DNA of 64,000 bases, from NCBI RefSeq assembly GCF_001194135.2, contig NC_068985.1, positions 68,098,855 through 68,162,854 on the forward strand, read 5' to 3'. Both the position numbers and the translations under genes were made by a program. Below are positions 24,931 to 38,110 of this stretch, in pieces (positions within the stretch are counted from its first letter, which is position 1; each line of letters starts with the position of its first letter). Origin of the DNA: Octopus bimaculoides. Its lineage: Eukaryota. The notes under the pieces were generated by a model that worked only from the letters and a program-made list of their open reading frames with translations, had not been told where the DNA came from and did not search any database.

Positions 24931-26499
24931 GAAAAGAGGAGAAGATAGGGGCATGTGTGCGCTTGTGTGTATGTATGCACATATATGTGAGTTTGTGTAT
25001 GTATGTTTTTGTGTGTATATGTGTGTATTTGAGTTTGTTTGTAGAGATGCGTGTACCTGTACGTATGTATAATATGCTGCATATTTTACCAAGCTAAAAT
25101 AACTAATTGAAGCAAATATATGTCTCGTGCAATTGGAATACCATTTTTCCTTCTGATAATTTATTTAATCATTCCAACCGGTATTAGGTATGTTCTTACA
25201 GTCAAGCTCTTCCTATAGGCCCTTCAAAATGAAATCCGACGACTATCGACCGCTGATGTAGATTTTGGTCTGTGTGTATACGAAGCAAGTATACGTAGAA
25301 CGAATTAATTGCATTTAAACTCGCATAGATAAACACAAACCCACATACCCAACGCACACATATACACACATAGGCACATACACACTCACACTCAACCACG
25401 CATACAAATTTATATATGCCCAAACCCAATTTTAAAATTACATTCTCTTAAAGTAACACTTGGGTCAGACAAGATCAACTTAATTATGCTTCATTCAGTT
25501 TTAGTTTAATTCGGCTTCGATCGTATTCAGATTCGATGCAATCTGATTCACATTTGCTCTCCCGGTCAACTGTTTACATTTCGACGCAGTCGTCTCATTA
25601 TATTTCAGTTATATATAAACCTATAATCTCTTCATTATCAACATGAGACAGTAAACTTACGTAAGTGCGTGTCAAAGAGAGAGCTTCTTCACTGTTGCTT
25701 ATTCTACTAGAAATAGCAATGAAACCCGCCTCAAATCACATCGTATTTTCTTAATATAGATGAAAGCAAAAATATTGTTCTAGATAACCTACTGTTGAAT
25801 AAAATCGAAATGATTACTGTAGAATATACTTCTGACTACTTAACTATGACATTGTGCTTAACAACATCAACAATACTGTTTCAGTTGAAGCTATCATTGG
25901 AGTGCAGGTTTGAACCTAGTTCCTTTGTGTTACTTTTAGTATTATACTTCAGAAAAGGTTGATATCGCTTATGTTCTAAAGCAATAATATGCCACATTGC
26001 CAATAATAGTTTCTATTTGACTTTGGTTTACTCGCTGCTTGTGGTCACAATTTCATTGGGGCAATGCCAAGTGCAAATATATTTGTTTTGTGATATCTAT
26101 CTTACTCACTTCCTTTATAACAAATCATTGACTGCAATGAATTTCCAAAAATCAGTTGTTTTTTTTTATATATATTTTTGTCATTATGCATGAATCCATG
26201 TAGTTATTTCATACAAAGTTTCGACATTAAATTCGAATACTATAAATATTCCAATGCTCTACAGCCGACTTGATGTGGACGTAAACATTTAAATAGCGCT
26301 GTAAATTATTCTTTACTTGCATACATATTGCATACTATAATACAAGTGATCTGGCTTCATATAAGCCAGTTTTCTTCATATATGTACTAGCTTTGTCCTA
26401 TCTCGAAGAAAAGTTACAGATGATTCACAATTCGTGTCCAATTACTGCGTCTATTATGAATGAAACAATTACACTTCCATAGAACATGTACTGACAAGT

Positions 26500-26700
26500 A
26501 CGCTGAACGCTGAAGGACATCTGTATGGGTTGATAGTGAACCATTCTATGCCTGGGTTTGCATAGCTATTTGGGAAACAGACATCAGATAGACCAAGACT
26601 CTTATTCGCTTTATAAACTCATCTCAACTAGCTGTCATAATTACATACCTGATATCAATTAAAACCATACAGAGCAGGTTTCACCAAGGGTTACGAACAC
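26500..26700 (+). mobile_element. possible small CR1-like RT remnant
   Basis: A TIQ..RFTK-like segment (LExVQRRFTK) near 26665; weak. Confidence 0.25.
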
Positions 26701-27849
26701 ACCTACATAAAACTTTTCGATTAAGCTTCATTTATAACATTTTGTCTGTTTATAGTTATTTGGTGATATTAATAGGGATATAACTTAAATTTATTCTATT
26801 TTCTATATGTCACAACCGGGAGATCCCTATTTTAAATGTTCTTTATCAAAGAATAAGAGCACTCTTCTAGCATCTGAGGGCACGCCCAACTCCCTACTAA
26901 AAACTATTGCTTGGTTTTGTAATGTAACGTTTCTTTAACTAATCCTTCCAGTCACACGGCTTCAGTTGCAATCCGTAGTAAGCAGATGACAAAATCATAA
27001 ACTATTTTATTGTTCTAGTCCTCTCTGTAACAGCACATATATCAAGAGGTATCTGGATTTTGACTGAAATATCTTTCCTGTTCTGTAACTGCCTATTTGT
27101 ATATATCAAAAACGTATTTTTTGCAAAACTTTATTCTCTTTGAAGAACTATCGAGGCAGACAATAAATATTTAAATTATTTTCATTGCTTTCGGAAGCAA
27201 TATCTAAAGATATTATTAAAAATTGTTACCTAGGACAATGTAACAGAGATTTATGTATTTGAAGAAATATCACAACTGGTTTTAACACACTGAATTATGT
27301 CAGTAGAATACTATTCAAGCATTCAGCTAATACAGCTATTTAAATTTATCGGTTTTATGACCAACCCAGCTGCGTGTACATGACTCACAGAGTGTTCAAG
27401 TAACGCTACGGTAAATGTCAAACAAATAATAAAAAAAAAGAAATATATTTTACAAGAATTTGCTGCTGAAGTAAAGTATCACACGATATTTAAAAGAAAA
27501 CTAAGAAAACTATATACAGTTAATTCTTGTTTGTATCTATACATGGCATTTTTAAAGTATATGCACATAAATATCTGTACACACACACATACACGCGCGC
27601 GCGCGTGCATCAAAATGAATATGTGTGTTTTAAGTGTACGTTTTTCAGAAGGTATATGTTTGTGTGTGTTGGTCTTAACCACCTCACGCATTAGAAATGC
27701 TTAATGAAGAGAGTAGGTTGGAAACTAGCGGAAGAAATACAAGAACTGCCAAAAGCAGAGGAACTCAATGTAGAAACAACAAAGCTGAAGTACTCACGTT
27801 GAAACACATCCTCTTCTCTAAGACTTAAAGGTAGAGGAGGCAAACATCT

Positions 27850-28130
27850 ATTTAGAGCAGCAATGTAGGAGATGGAAAACGTTTGAAGCTCTTCAAGTAG
27901 ACTGGCTCTTTTGAAAAGACAAGAAGGAAATTAAAAATAATATCACCGGTAAATAACTCCGTCATTTTTGGTTCATTTATTGTCATTGACAGGTGGTAGT
28001 GATACTTATAAAGTGGTATTCGTTTTGGAAAACAGCATGTTACAATAAGACTCCTGATACATTGAAATACCGTAGAACACTCTCTTGCAGCTAAGACTAT
28101 CTTTATCATAAAAGTATTTCATGAAACGTG
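27850..28130 (-). mobile_element. possible CR1-like 3' ORF remnant
   Basis: ORF 27852..28109 contains PLYKYHYH..TELF, resembling SLFYRYYH..ELxxL of CR1-group elements; weak. Confidence 0.25.
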
Positions 28131-30349
28131 GGACAAAAGGTCGAGTTGTCTATGTACACTCGACGAATTGCAATCATAGATTCACAAACTTGTATTTAGA
28201 TTGCAGTAAGTTTATCGAAACATCGCTTACTTTTCTCTTTTCAAATAAAACAATTCTAGTGGAATGTAAAAAGTATAAATGACTGATTTATGAACTTCAT
28301 TAGCCTACTGCTGTTTCCACTATTAGATGCGTTGGACACATTACTGAGGGCTTGAGTAACACCTTATGCCTTCAACACACTCTCAAACGTGAAGTACGAT
28401 ATATTTGAAAAAGCAATTAAATTTATGCGTATATAGCATTACCAATGAGAAAGTGCACACACACATACACACACACACACACACACATATATAAATGCAT
28501 TTATNNNNNNNNNNNNNNNNNNNNNNNNNNTATATATATATGGGGGGGGGTGTATATGTATATATTCGTGTAATATTTTTACAGTCTCTATCAAACTTAA
28601 GGAAAGAAAAAAGAACGTAATATCGTGAAAAATGTTAAAGTATGTATCAACATTTAACCCTAAAATTACCGAAATATTTGACCATATTTATAAATACACA
28701 GATATATGAAGATAAAATAAAATGAAATATTTCAATCAAATGCAAAAGGAAACACATAACATACAAAATATTCCAAAAAATTCATTAAAATATTTCGAAA
28801 GCCAATGTTACAAATTGAGGAAGACTGAACTGTAATACATAACTGCATTTGATGAAAGATAAGGATTTCTAGAAAACTATATCGGACAAAGTTTATTACC
28901 ATTAGGCAAAGTACTAAAGGTCCCCATTGAAAGATATGATAATGAGGAAATTTTAAAAATCTGTTAAGTGCACATATAGTGATATGTGTGGAAATGAACC
29001 TAGCGAGATCTAAAGCATTTTAATTTATATCTGCTCAGAGTTATTTTCAATAAAGAAGTAACATCTGCAACAAATAATTAACAAAGGAAATCCTGAAGTA
29101 TATGTCATATTAAACAAGTTAATAACCGCTGGAATTATCGTGAAAGAATAAGGCTTTTATTCGAAGGAACGCTTTGCAGAACGTTATTTGAAGTCTTCTC
29201 GAATATCTCTATGAGTCTAAAAAGATTTCTAATAAATATGAACATGTTTAAATATTTAAAGGAAATATGAAAATTATTTACTATTAACAACTCTATTGGA
29301 AATTCTGCAGCTTATTTTATGGTGCTACATCAATTATAAAGATCTTCACACGCGTTATCCTGCCATTTCATTCATAATCCTTCAATTAATTTCTAGGAAA
29401 CCTTCTCTGTTTCCTATAGTCATATTTTCTTTTCTCGGTAGTTTTCACATTCTGACTTATCATCATAGTTCATATTTTGCCTTCTTTCTTGATTAACGGT
29501 TTTCATTCTTTCTCTATATAGCTTTGTCGTTAGGATTAATGTTAGGGTTAGGGCATGTTGAAGCTCCATTTCTTGCATTAAATCTAACCTTACTTCCTGA
29601 TTTAAAGCGTTTAGTTCATTCTGATTCTTCTTTCTTGAGCTATCTTCGAAATATGTTGCTTTACATCTACATCAAAACTTTTTGTGCTACTCGATCACAC
29701 ATGCAACAGTAGCGAAGAAGCCTGGAATGAGTATCCTACGAGGTTCAATCATGTCGTTGATCTGATTTTGTGCATCATCTCAGCAGTGAGATCCGCTTTG
29801 AAGTAAAAACATGTGAAAGGATTTAGGCGGTGGGTCAGTCCTTATCAAGGTCTTATTTAAGACAGTGGTATAGGAAATAATTGACATGAGCCTGGATCTG
29901 AACAGGGTGATAAGTTTTGCGAACATACTGGTGGCAAAGCTCTCTCAGATGATCCATGGAGTGTAAGGAGGTACAAAGACTATAAAAACATTTAATGTTC
30001 ACATTCTTAAACGATTAACTTTCAGGCAGGATATAGAAACCATCTACTCTAGATAATAATAATTCTTTTCTAATGTATCTAAATTTGAAAGATGCTGGCA
30101 ATGGAAGTAATTCATTACCTCATAATAATAATACATATTTATTAATGGGATAATGATTTTTCCAAATAGGAGTGTTTATCGTAAAACATTGTTTTACAAC
30201 AAATTCTATGCAACCAACGTGAACTCAAATTCAAATTCATGTTTGCGATATTCATATTTAAAAATCAATTAGACCACCTATCTCAGTGAGTAAAAAACAG
30301 ACGCATAAACATAAATGTATACAGCAATCTGTATATCTGTACTTATTTG

Positions 30350-30385
<36 letters not shown>

Positions 30386-30570
30386 NNNNNNNNNNNNNNN
30401 NNNNNNNNNNNNNNNNNNNNNNNNNNNNNNNNNNNNNNNNNNNNNNNNNNNNNNNNNNNNNNNNNNNNNNNNNNNNNNNNNNNNNNNNNNNNNNNNNNNN
30501 NNNNNNNNNNNNNNNNNNNNNNNNNNNNTATATATATATATATATATATTAATAAATTATAGGGTGGCAT

Positions 30571-30904
30571 GATAAAGGAAACGAAAGATGGATTTAGTAC
30601 GAATCTTTTATCAGCACCATGGTCGTTTTGACTCATCTTGCCGGTACAACCTCAGATATATCTTATGCTCTGTCACTGTACCAATGTACATCTAGTCACG
30701 ACAGCATGCCAAGTAGGTCTCTCTATATATAGTTAGATAATATTTCCTATAACCAAGCACCTGAAGTGACACAGCCAACGCTGATTGATGCAACGCAAAC
30801 AGATGCATAATATCCTACTCCTAAGGGGAAGTTGCAAGATGAGTGGAAACTATCATCGTGCTGAATAAAGATTCGTACTAAATCCATTGTCCGTTTCCTT
30901 AATC
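30571..30904. mobile_element. MITE-like element with ~71-bp inverted repeats
   Basis: 30571-30641 is about 80% identical to the reverse complement of 30834-30904, with an exact core atggatttagtacgaatcttt. Confidence 0.75.
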
Positions 30905-31079
30905 AACTATAAACTCAACAAACACTGCGGATTCCTGACGTAGATCAAGTTAAAATTATATCTTTATATACCCAAAGTAGGTTTATGCATATTTATGTAT
31001 AGGACAATCAGTTAGTTGTCATAATAAAGCTCAGAGTTTCGGATGTCGGGGCTGGAGCCTGTTCCGGCATCTCATCAGT

Positions 31080-31935
31080 TATTACCGTTTTTAGATACCC
31101 TTATTAAGAACGTCGAGAACAAGATAGAGGCAGATATCTATTACAAAACCACGGACTCGAAACGGTACCTGCCATTTGATTCTTGCCACCCGAGAAACAC
31201 CAGAATCAGATACAAACACCCGTTACACACGACTCCAGGAATTAAAAACTACACTCATCAATAGGAATTACAGACAAGCCGTAATCGACAATACGATCCA
31301 ACGAGTCCTTAAATTAAATACGCAAGAACGTAGACAACCAAGACCACAGAAGGAAGAAAAATTGGAAACTCTCGCCACACACAACCCACATAACATTGAG
31401 GCCTTCAACACTATACTCCATAGCACAGTTCTACTCAAGTGGGACCAAAAGATTAATCAAATCCTCTAAATACACACAATCATCAAAAGTAAGAAACAGC
31501 CAAAATCAATGAAGAGGATTTTAAACCAGGCCTAATTACACTCCGCTATAACCACAGAGCCCAACTGTGGGATCGGTATCAACGTAATAGAAGGATCAGA
31601 ATACCGATTTTACCATAAAGTTTTACCATAAAAACTAACTTTACGTGTACATCGGGGAATTTGATTTACTTAATAACATGCTCGGGATGCAAACAGCAAT
31701 ATATTGGACACACATAAAACAGCCTACATCAGAGGATGGCGGTGCACAAATCCCAAATTAGAATTCCATAATACAGGAAAATATGTGTCAGCCAACACAT
31801 AGACAGGTGTGCATTCAATAAATATCTCAAATTCACAACTTGTCATTTATACAAACTCAAAGACAATGTTAGCCAAACGCATTAGCAAGGCAATGCATTT
31901 CATTTGAAAGTATTAACCGAGTCTAAATTCTTTTA
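31080..31935 (+). mobile_element. Penelope-like element 3' part (RT thumb plus GIY-YIG), decayed
   Basis: LPFLDTLI..ADIYYKTTDSKRYLPFDSCHP; ELKTTLINRNY; TCTSGNLIYLITCSGCKQQYIGHT..LHQRMAVHKSQI..VSQHIDRC. Confidence 0.88.
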
Positions 31936-32354
31936 AGCTCGGAACACTGAAACTATATCTATATTATTCATAAGAAATAAAAGTGAGAGATTGAATTCAT
32001 TTCTGTGAAGACATCAGGGCAGATAACTTTACGACAACTATTATTGCTGCTGCTTATTTGACTGCTGCGACCACTTCTTTTGAAAATTTACCAACACAGA
32101 GAGCAGCTGAAGTTGCTACAAGTAATGTCACAAAAATTAAAGAAAATTACCACGTGTTCTTGCAGGAAAAAGAAAAGTACACTATGAACGTTTATTTTAT
32201 TAATAATTTTATTAATAATATTTTTTTCTCTACATATTTCATTTAAGTACATATTTTTAACAGAAACATGTAATACAAAAACAATTTTGAATGTATTTTG
32301 GGAAAGAAATTTAAATGTACCAATTTTTTAAAAAGTAGCATTTTCCTTCTTCTT

Positions 32355-32390
<36 letters not shown>

Positions 32391-33302
32391 AATTGCAGCG
32401 TGGAAGGTGTTTATGAGCCATTTAAAATAACACACAAAATCCGTTAGATTCACTTCAACATTTAAATTTAATTTGTCAAAATATTTTCGTCGCTTTGAGT
32501 GCTGCATCGATGNNNNNNNNNNNNNNNNNNNNNNNNNNNNNNNNNNNNNNNNNNNNNNNNNNNNNNNNNNNNNNNNNNNNNNNNNNNNNNNNNNNNNNNN
32601 NNNNNNNNNNNNNNNNNNNNNNNNNNNNNNNNNNNNNNNNNNNNNNNNNNNNNNNNNNNNNNNNNNNNNNNNNNNNNNNNNNNNNNNNNNNNNNNNNNNN
32701 NNNNNNNNNNNNNNNNNNNNNNNNNNNNNNNNNNNNNNNNNNNNNNNNNNNNNNNNNNNNNNNNNNNNNNNNNNNNNNNNNNNNNNNNNNNNNNNNNNNN
32801 NNNNNNNNNNNNNNNNNNNNNNNNNNNNNNNNNNNNNNNNNNNNNNNNNNNNNNNNNNNNNNNNNNNNNNNNNNNNNNNNNNNNNNNNNNNNNNNNNNNN
32901 NNNNNNNNNNNNNNNNNNNNNNNNNNNNNNNNNNNNNNNNNNNNNNNNNNNNNNNNNNNNNNNNNNNNNNNNNNNNNNNNNNNNNNNNNNNNNNNNNNNN
33001 NNNNNNNNNNNNNNNNNNNNNNNNNNNNNNNNNNNNNNNNNNNNNNNNNNNNNNNNNNNNNNNNNNNNNNNNNNNNNNNNNNNNNNNNNNNNNNNNNNNN
33101 NNNNNNNNNNNNNNNNNNNNNNNNNNNNNNNNNNNNNNNNNNNNNNNNNNNNNNNNNNNNNNNNNNNNNNNNNNNNNNNNNNNNNNNNNNNNNNNNNNNN
33201 NNNNNNNNNNNNNNNNNNNNNNNNNNNNNNNNNNNNNNNNNNNNNNNNNNNNNNNNNNNNNNNNNNNNNNNNNNNNNNNNNNNNNNNNNNNNNNNNNNNN
33301 NN

Positions 33303-33319
33303 GTGTGCTCTTCCGATCT
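33303..33319 (+). other. Illumina TruSeq adapter remnant GTGTGCTCTTCCGATCT (contamination)
   Basis: Exact 17-mer of the adapter 3' end, directly abutting a 790-N gap. Confidence 0.95.
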
Positions 33320-33600
33320 GCATCTCCTGCTCTCTCTGTGCTTCCCTGTACATTGGTGAAACGGGACCCCGCTTGGCTGATTGGTCCGCTGAGCACCTCT
33401 GGGACATCAGACTCGGCAATGATACCCCAGTCTCGCGCCATTTCCGCTTCAGCGGTCATTCGCTACAACCACTGGCTGTGATCGGACTGTCTCTGCACAG
33501 GGGCCACCCGGACTTCAGTATTCGCTGAGAACAGGTATTAATCTTCTCTCTTCGTTCCTTATCATCACCCTGGCTCAACTCATCTCCACACTTCATCTGA
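33320..33600 (+). mobile_element. Penelope-like GIY-YIG endonuclease fragment
   Basis: CSLCASLYIGETGPRLADWSAEHLWDIRLGNDTPVSRHF..GHS..LAVIGL..EQVLIFSLRSL. Confidence 0.85.
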
Positions 33601-34359
33601 CACCAAACTCACCTGCTCTCTTCATTTGACACAAATCCTTCATGGGTCCCACTCACCTCTCATACTCTGCACACCCACGTACCACCCACCTTGGTAACCT
33701 CACCCACACTCATCACTATACACACACCTATACACACTGTTCAACTCATCACTCACTCCACACAACGTTAGACGCACACCCACAACAATTTCCCACTCCA
33801 CCACTTCTCAGTATACACACAACGCATCAACATCCCCCCACACAATCTTCGATAGCGACACCACACATACCACTATATGAGCAACCAAACACACATTGTT
33901 TAAATCAGTACACACACCACACACTATCATGCACACTCCGACATCTACACAAGCACATAATACCACAACGCAGACGATATATATATACATACACACAAAC
34001 GCAGCACGCAAAAACACAGACAATAACTTTCAGCCACATACGTACACTATACACACACACACATGCACATAAGTGAAAAAGCACGCATGAGGTGCTCCAC
34101 ACACATACGTTACATGCACACGCACACACACGTTAAACTCACTCGTCCCTATTCACACATACATATTCACAGACACCATTCTCACATACTTACATGCGCT
34201 TGCGACATCCACTTGTTGGGGTCACGATGAATTATCTCCCCTTCATTCAACCTCTCTTTATCATTATCTCCCATTCATACAACCTCTTTTCTTCTAATCA
34301 TCACCATGTTCCACCACTGAACTCAACACGTTTTTTTTTCCGTCTCTCTCTATTTATAT

Positions 34360-34497
34360 CCTATTATTCCCTTATATCGAAGAGCGTAGGTTTGAAACAT
34401 GAAAGACTTTTCCATTTTTCCCGAGCGTGAATCTAATACACTTGCTTGTTGTTTCTACATCTATCTTCGTCTTTGTTTTTCTATAAATTTGAACTCT
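34360..34497 (+). mobile_element. PLE pseudo-LTR terminus with hammerhead-like relic
   Basis: gaagagcgtaggtttgaaacatg relic. The last ~72 bp match 55187-55260. It lies downstream of the GIY-YIG fragment, across a CA-rich tract. Confidence 0.5.
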
Positions 34498-34604
34498 GTG
34501 TGTATATGTGTGCTTGTGCATTCATACATTTATATATATATGACTCAAAATCAATTTCTCTCAATGTGTATGTATATATATATATATATGTGCGTAGGTG
34601 TACG

Positions 34605-34646
<42 letters not shown>

Positions 34647-35148
34647 CATCCATACATACAAACATGAATGCATCCATCCAGTCATGCATACATAACATGT
34701 ATACACATATACACCACACTCACATACACACACAATCATAAATATATAAAAATGCAATGATTTCAAACTTTATCTCCAAATTTAAATAAGAATGATAACT
34801 TATGCGTCAATTATTAATCTGAAATAACTTATCTGTGTTATTCACGTTCACATATTGTGCTTGACTCACCTTAACCCTCAGTATATACATTTCAAAATAG
34901 GTTTAGCCCCTGCACAAATCAATATCTTCTCGTATACTAAATATATTCAATCAATATTTGGATGTTTAACAAATGTAATTGCTATGAATCGACTCGCTTT
35001 GTTTACTTCATGGCATTTGCGATAATTTCGTTATGAATAAGTGAAATCACGCCAGAACACACTCTTCTGCTATTGTCCAATTGAAATTGATCTAAGTTTA
35101 CTGTTCATTCAAATTAATCCGTAAATTCTCTAATATACTCTCTTTCTT

Positions 35149-35207
<59 letters not shown>

Positions 35208-35984
35208 CGCACACATACACACAAATATTACATACACACAAACACATATAATCACACGTACAATTAAATATTACAAAGCTTCGCTGTGGAAGGGCGAACA
35301 AATGAATGTAATACCATTTTTTTATGCTATGGGTGTACGAAAAAAACAGAGCGTAGCTTTGACAGATAACACGCAAGACTTACTAGAGCGTTCAGCTACC
35401 AGTGAGAATAAAAATAAAAGAGGTTATCTTCTTGGTGGGTAGCCTACTTTACATATTTCTAACTTTGCTGACTTGAAGTTAAGCAATATGTAATTTTTAT
35501 GTAAAAAGCATAACTCAGGAGAAAAAGAAAAAAAAAGGAAGAGAATTGAATATTACTAGAGTAGCCGAAAGGGAGAAAGGATCAAAATATACTGATTTTG
35601 CGTCACTGATGTCAAGAAACAAGAGGCAGTGTGTCTCTCTTTGGACAGATTTCCAATTTGTTGATCAATCCTAGGCGAAGATGTACCTATTTGCTTCCCC
35701 AATAAAGAAGTTATGTGCGCAAATTGATGTACCCACCAAAGTGTCAACCTGATTTATGACAAGTTTCAAAAGGACTAAAATCATTTGGCATTCCCATAAG
35801 AAGCTTGCATAAAGAAGATCCTAAAATGTAGTAGTAGTATGAATACTTAAGTGCAGATAGTAGTATGAATACTTAAGTGCAGATACTTAGCTCAGGAAAG
35901 TCTACGACGTTCGGTTGGACATTGTTATTGAGTAACATTTGTTAGTTATGTAACACGTTATTAGTGAAAATAAGAATCAACAGT

Positions 35985-36963
35985 AGAAAAGCGGCTGCTG
36001 AATTTAGGAGGAGAAAAATATGTCTTGAAGATGACCCAAAGTCTAGATACCCTCCAACTGACACAAACAAGGAAGACATTGATTGTCTTCACCACATGGT
36101 GATAGATGGCAAGTAATTGATTGTAAATTGAATAGCCGATAACCTGTGACAGAATTGTGAATACTCTTCACGATGAACTAAGCATGACGAAGAATTCTGT
36201 TCGGTGGGTGCCACGTCTTCTGACACCTGATGGAAAGTTCATCAGGCTGATTACATCTCGGGGAAAAAATGACACTATTTGAAACAGATCCAGCTCGTTC
36301 TTTGAACGATTCATAACCCAGGATGAGTGATCATTTTGTGCCAGAGACAAAGACAATCTATGCAGTGGAAATGCCTCTCCTCACCTACTCCAAGGAAGGC
36401 CAAGGTCGATTCTTCTGCGGGGAAAGTAATGGCCACAGATTTTTGAGATGCAAAAGGTTATTGTGTTTATTGACTGTCTTGAAAGGGGACATATCATCAA
36501 TGGAGAGTACTATGCCAACTTGCTGAGGCAGTTAAAAAAGGCTATCAAGACCTAAGGCTCAGGAAAACTGATGAAAGGGATTTTGCTTCATCAGGACAAT
36601 GCTCCAGTAGACTGGTCTTTTGTTTCAATGGCTCTTGTGCGTGACTGTGGCCTTGAACTGGTTGATCTCCCACCCTATTCTCTTGAATTCACCCCATCTA
36701 TTTATCAACTATTCCCCATCATGGAAAAGTACGTGGCTGAGAACCAATATAGTAGTGATGATGATAATGATGATGTCATATCTGCTGTTGATGACTTTTT
36801 GACCAACAGAACAAAAGCTTCTTTAGCAATGGGATCCAAGATCTGCAATATTGCTGGACGAAGTGTGAAGACCACAAAGGGGGCTATTTTGAAAAATAAA
36901 CCTCATTTGGTCACACTACATGAGAATAACTTGGTCAGCCGATGAACTTTTCAGCTGACCCCC
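35985..36963 (+). pseudogene. irritans-like mariner transposase pseudogene, 5'-truncated, 3' TIR remnant
   Basis: AAEFRR..LEDDPKS, WVPRLL, ITQDE, GILLHQDNAP, PPYS motifs; ends with aacttttcagctgaccc. Confidence 0.88.
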
Positions 36964-37939
36964 AAAGAGTGAACATTCAATTAAGTAGATAGTGTACTGA
37001 ATAACAAGATGAAGATTAATCAAGGCTTAACCACGATGTTTCGCTATATCTTAAACTGGGGCAGTTAACTTTGAGCCGTCTCACACTATATAGCTATAAG
37101 TTGTTACTTTGACAAATCATATTCTTGCTGCAAATTATAGTTTCATCGCATATGACATCATCATTATCATCATCACTAGGAGGGAGAAAACAAAGAACTC
37201 GTTTGAATTTGAGAAATAACATTTAAGTCGTATCACGCATCAATCATAATCATCTTTAAAAAAAAGATTAAATAATGGTATTCTGGGTGCATATTACATG
37301 CATTAACATGAGTTGATGATGGCTATAAATTTCTGGAAATAACTTCATAAAGATTAAACAACAACAACAACTAAATTTCGTTAGGGTGCACCTGAATTTT
37401 GCTGTGCGATGTAGATGAAATTCTGATACGACCAGAATAAATTCCATAAATGTGAACTATACAAAACATACCAACCTACAACGTTGAAAAATATAACATT
37501 GTATATTAACGGTATCTATTTATCAATATTGGACGTTTGGTTTAAGTGGATGGAACTAGAGCTCAGAACTAAATGAAACAAAAGCATACAGTGAGCGCAA
37601 TCCATTTACACCTGCATATATCCCGTTAATATTACTGCTGTCTCTTCGTTATTATCTATACAGTCTAGTGTTAACCAAACTGAATTCTCATATAAATACC
37701 GAAATTTATCACATTGTGCAGATATCCAAATATATAATTCCAGAAGCTCTAATAAATATTCAAGCTGTAAGTGTCGTGTGTAGATATCCTATTAAATTCC
37801 TCCATCTTCCCAAAGGGCTGAATGACATTACAAGCTACTCTTCCCTGAAGCAATTGGGTGATAAATATTGATTTCTTCCTAGTAGAATCACATGTAGAAG
37901 AGTAAGGTAGCATGTTCGGGATGAATAAGTGAGTTTGTG

Positions 37940-38020
37940 TATATTGTGTGAGTGTGTGTATGTGTGTGTGTGTCTGTGTGTGTGTGTGTGTGTGTTTGTG
38001 TGTATGTGTGTGTGTGTGTT

Positions 38021-38102
<82 letters not shown>

Positions 38103-38110
38103 CGTGTGTG
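37940..38110. repeat. imperfect (TG)n microsatellite
   Basis: Direct reading. Confidence 0.95.

Noticed and set aside
29542-29553. TTAGGGTTAGGG
   Set aside because: Only two units, and I found no flanking hairpin like the one at 62367-62440; too short to call an interstitial telomere.
33642-34190. His/Thr-rich 144-aa ORF
   Set aside because: It comes from a degenerate CA-rich low-complexity tract after the PLE fragment.
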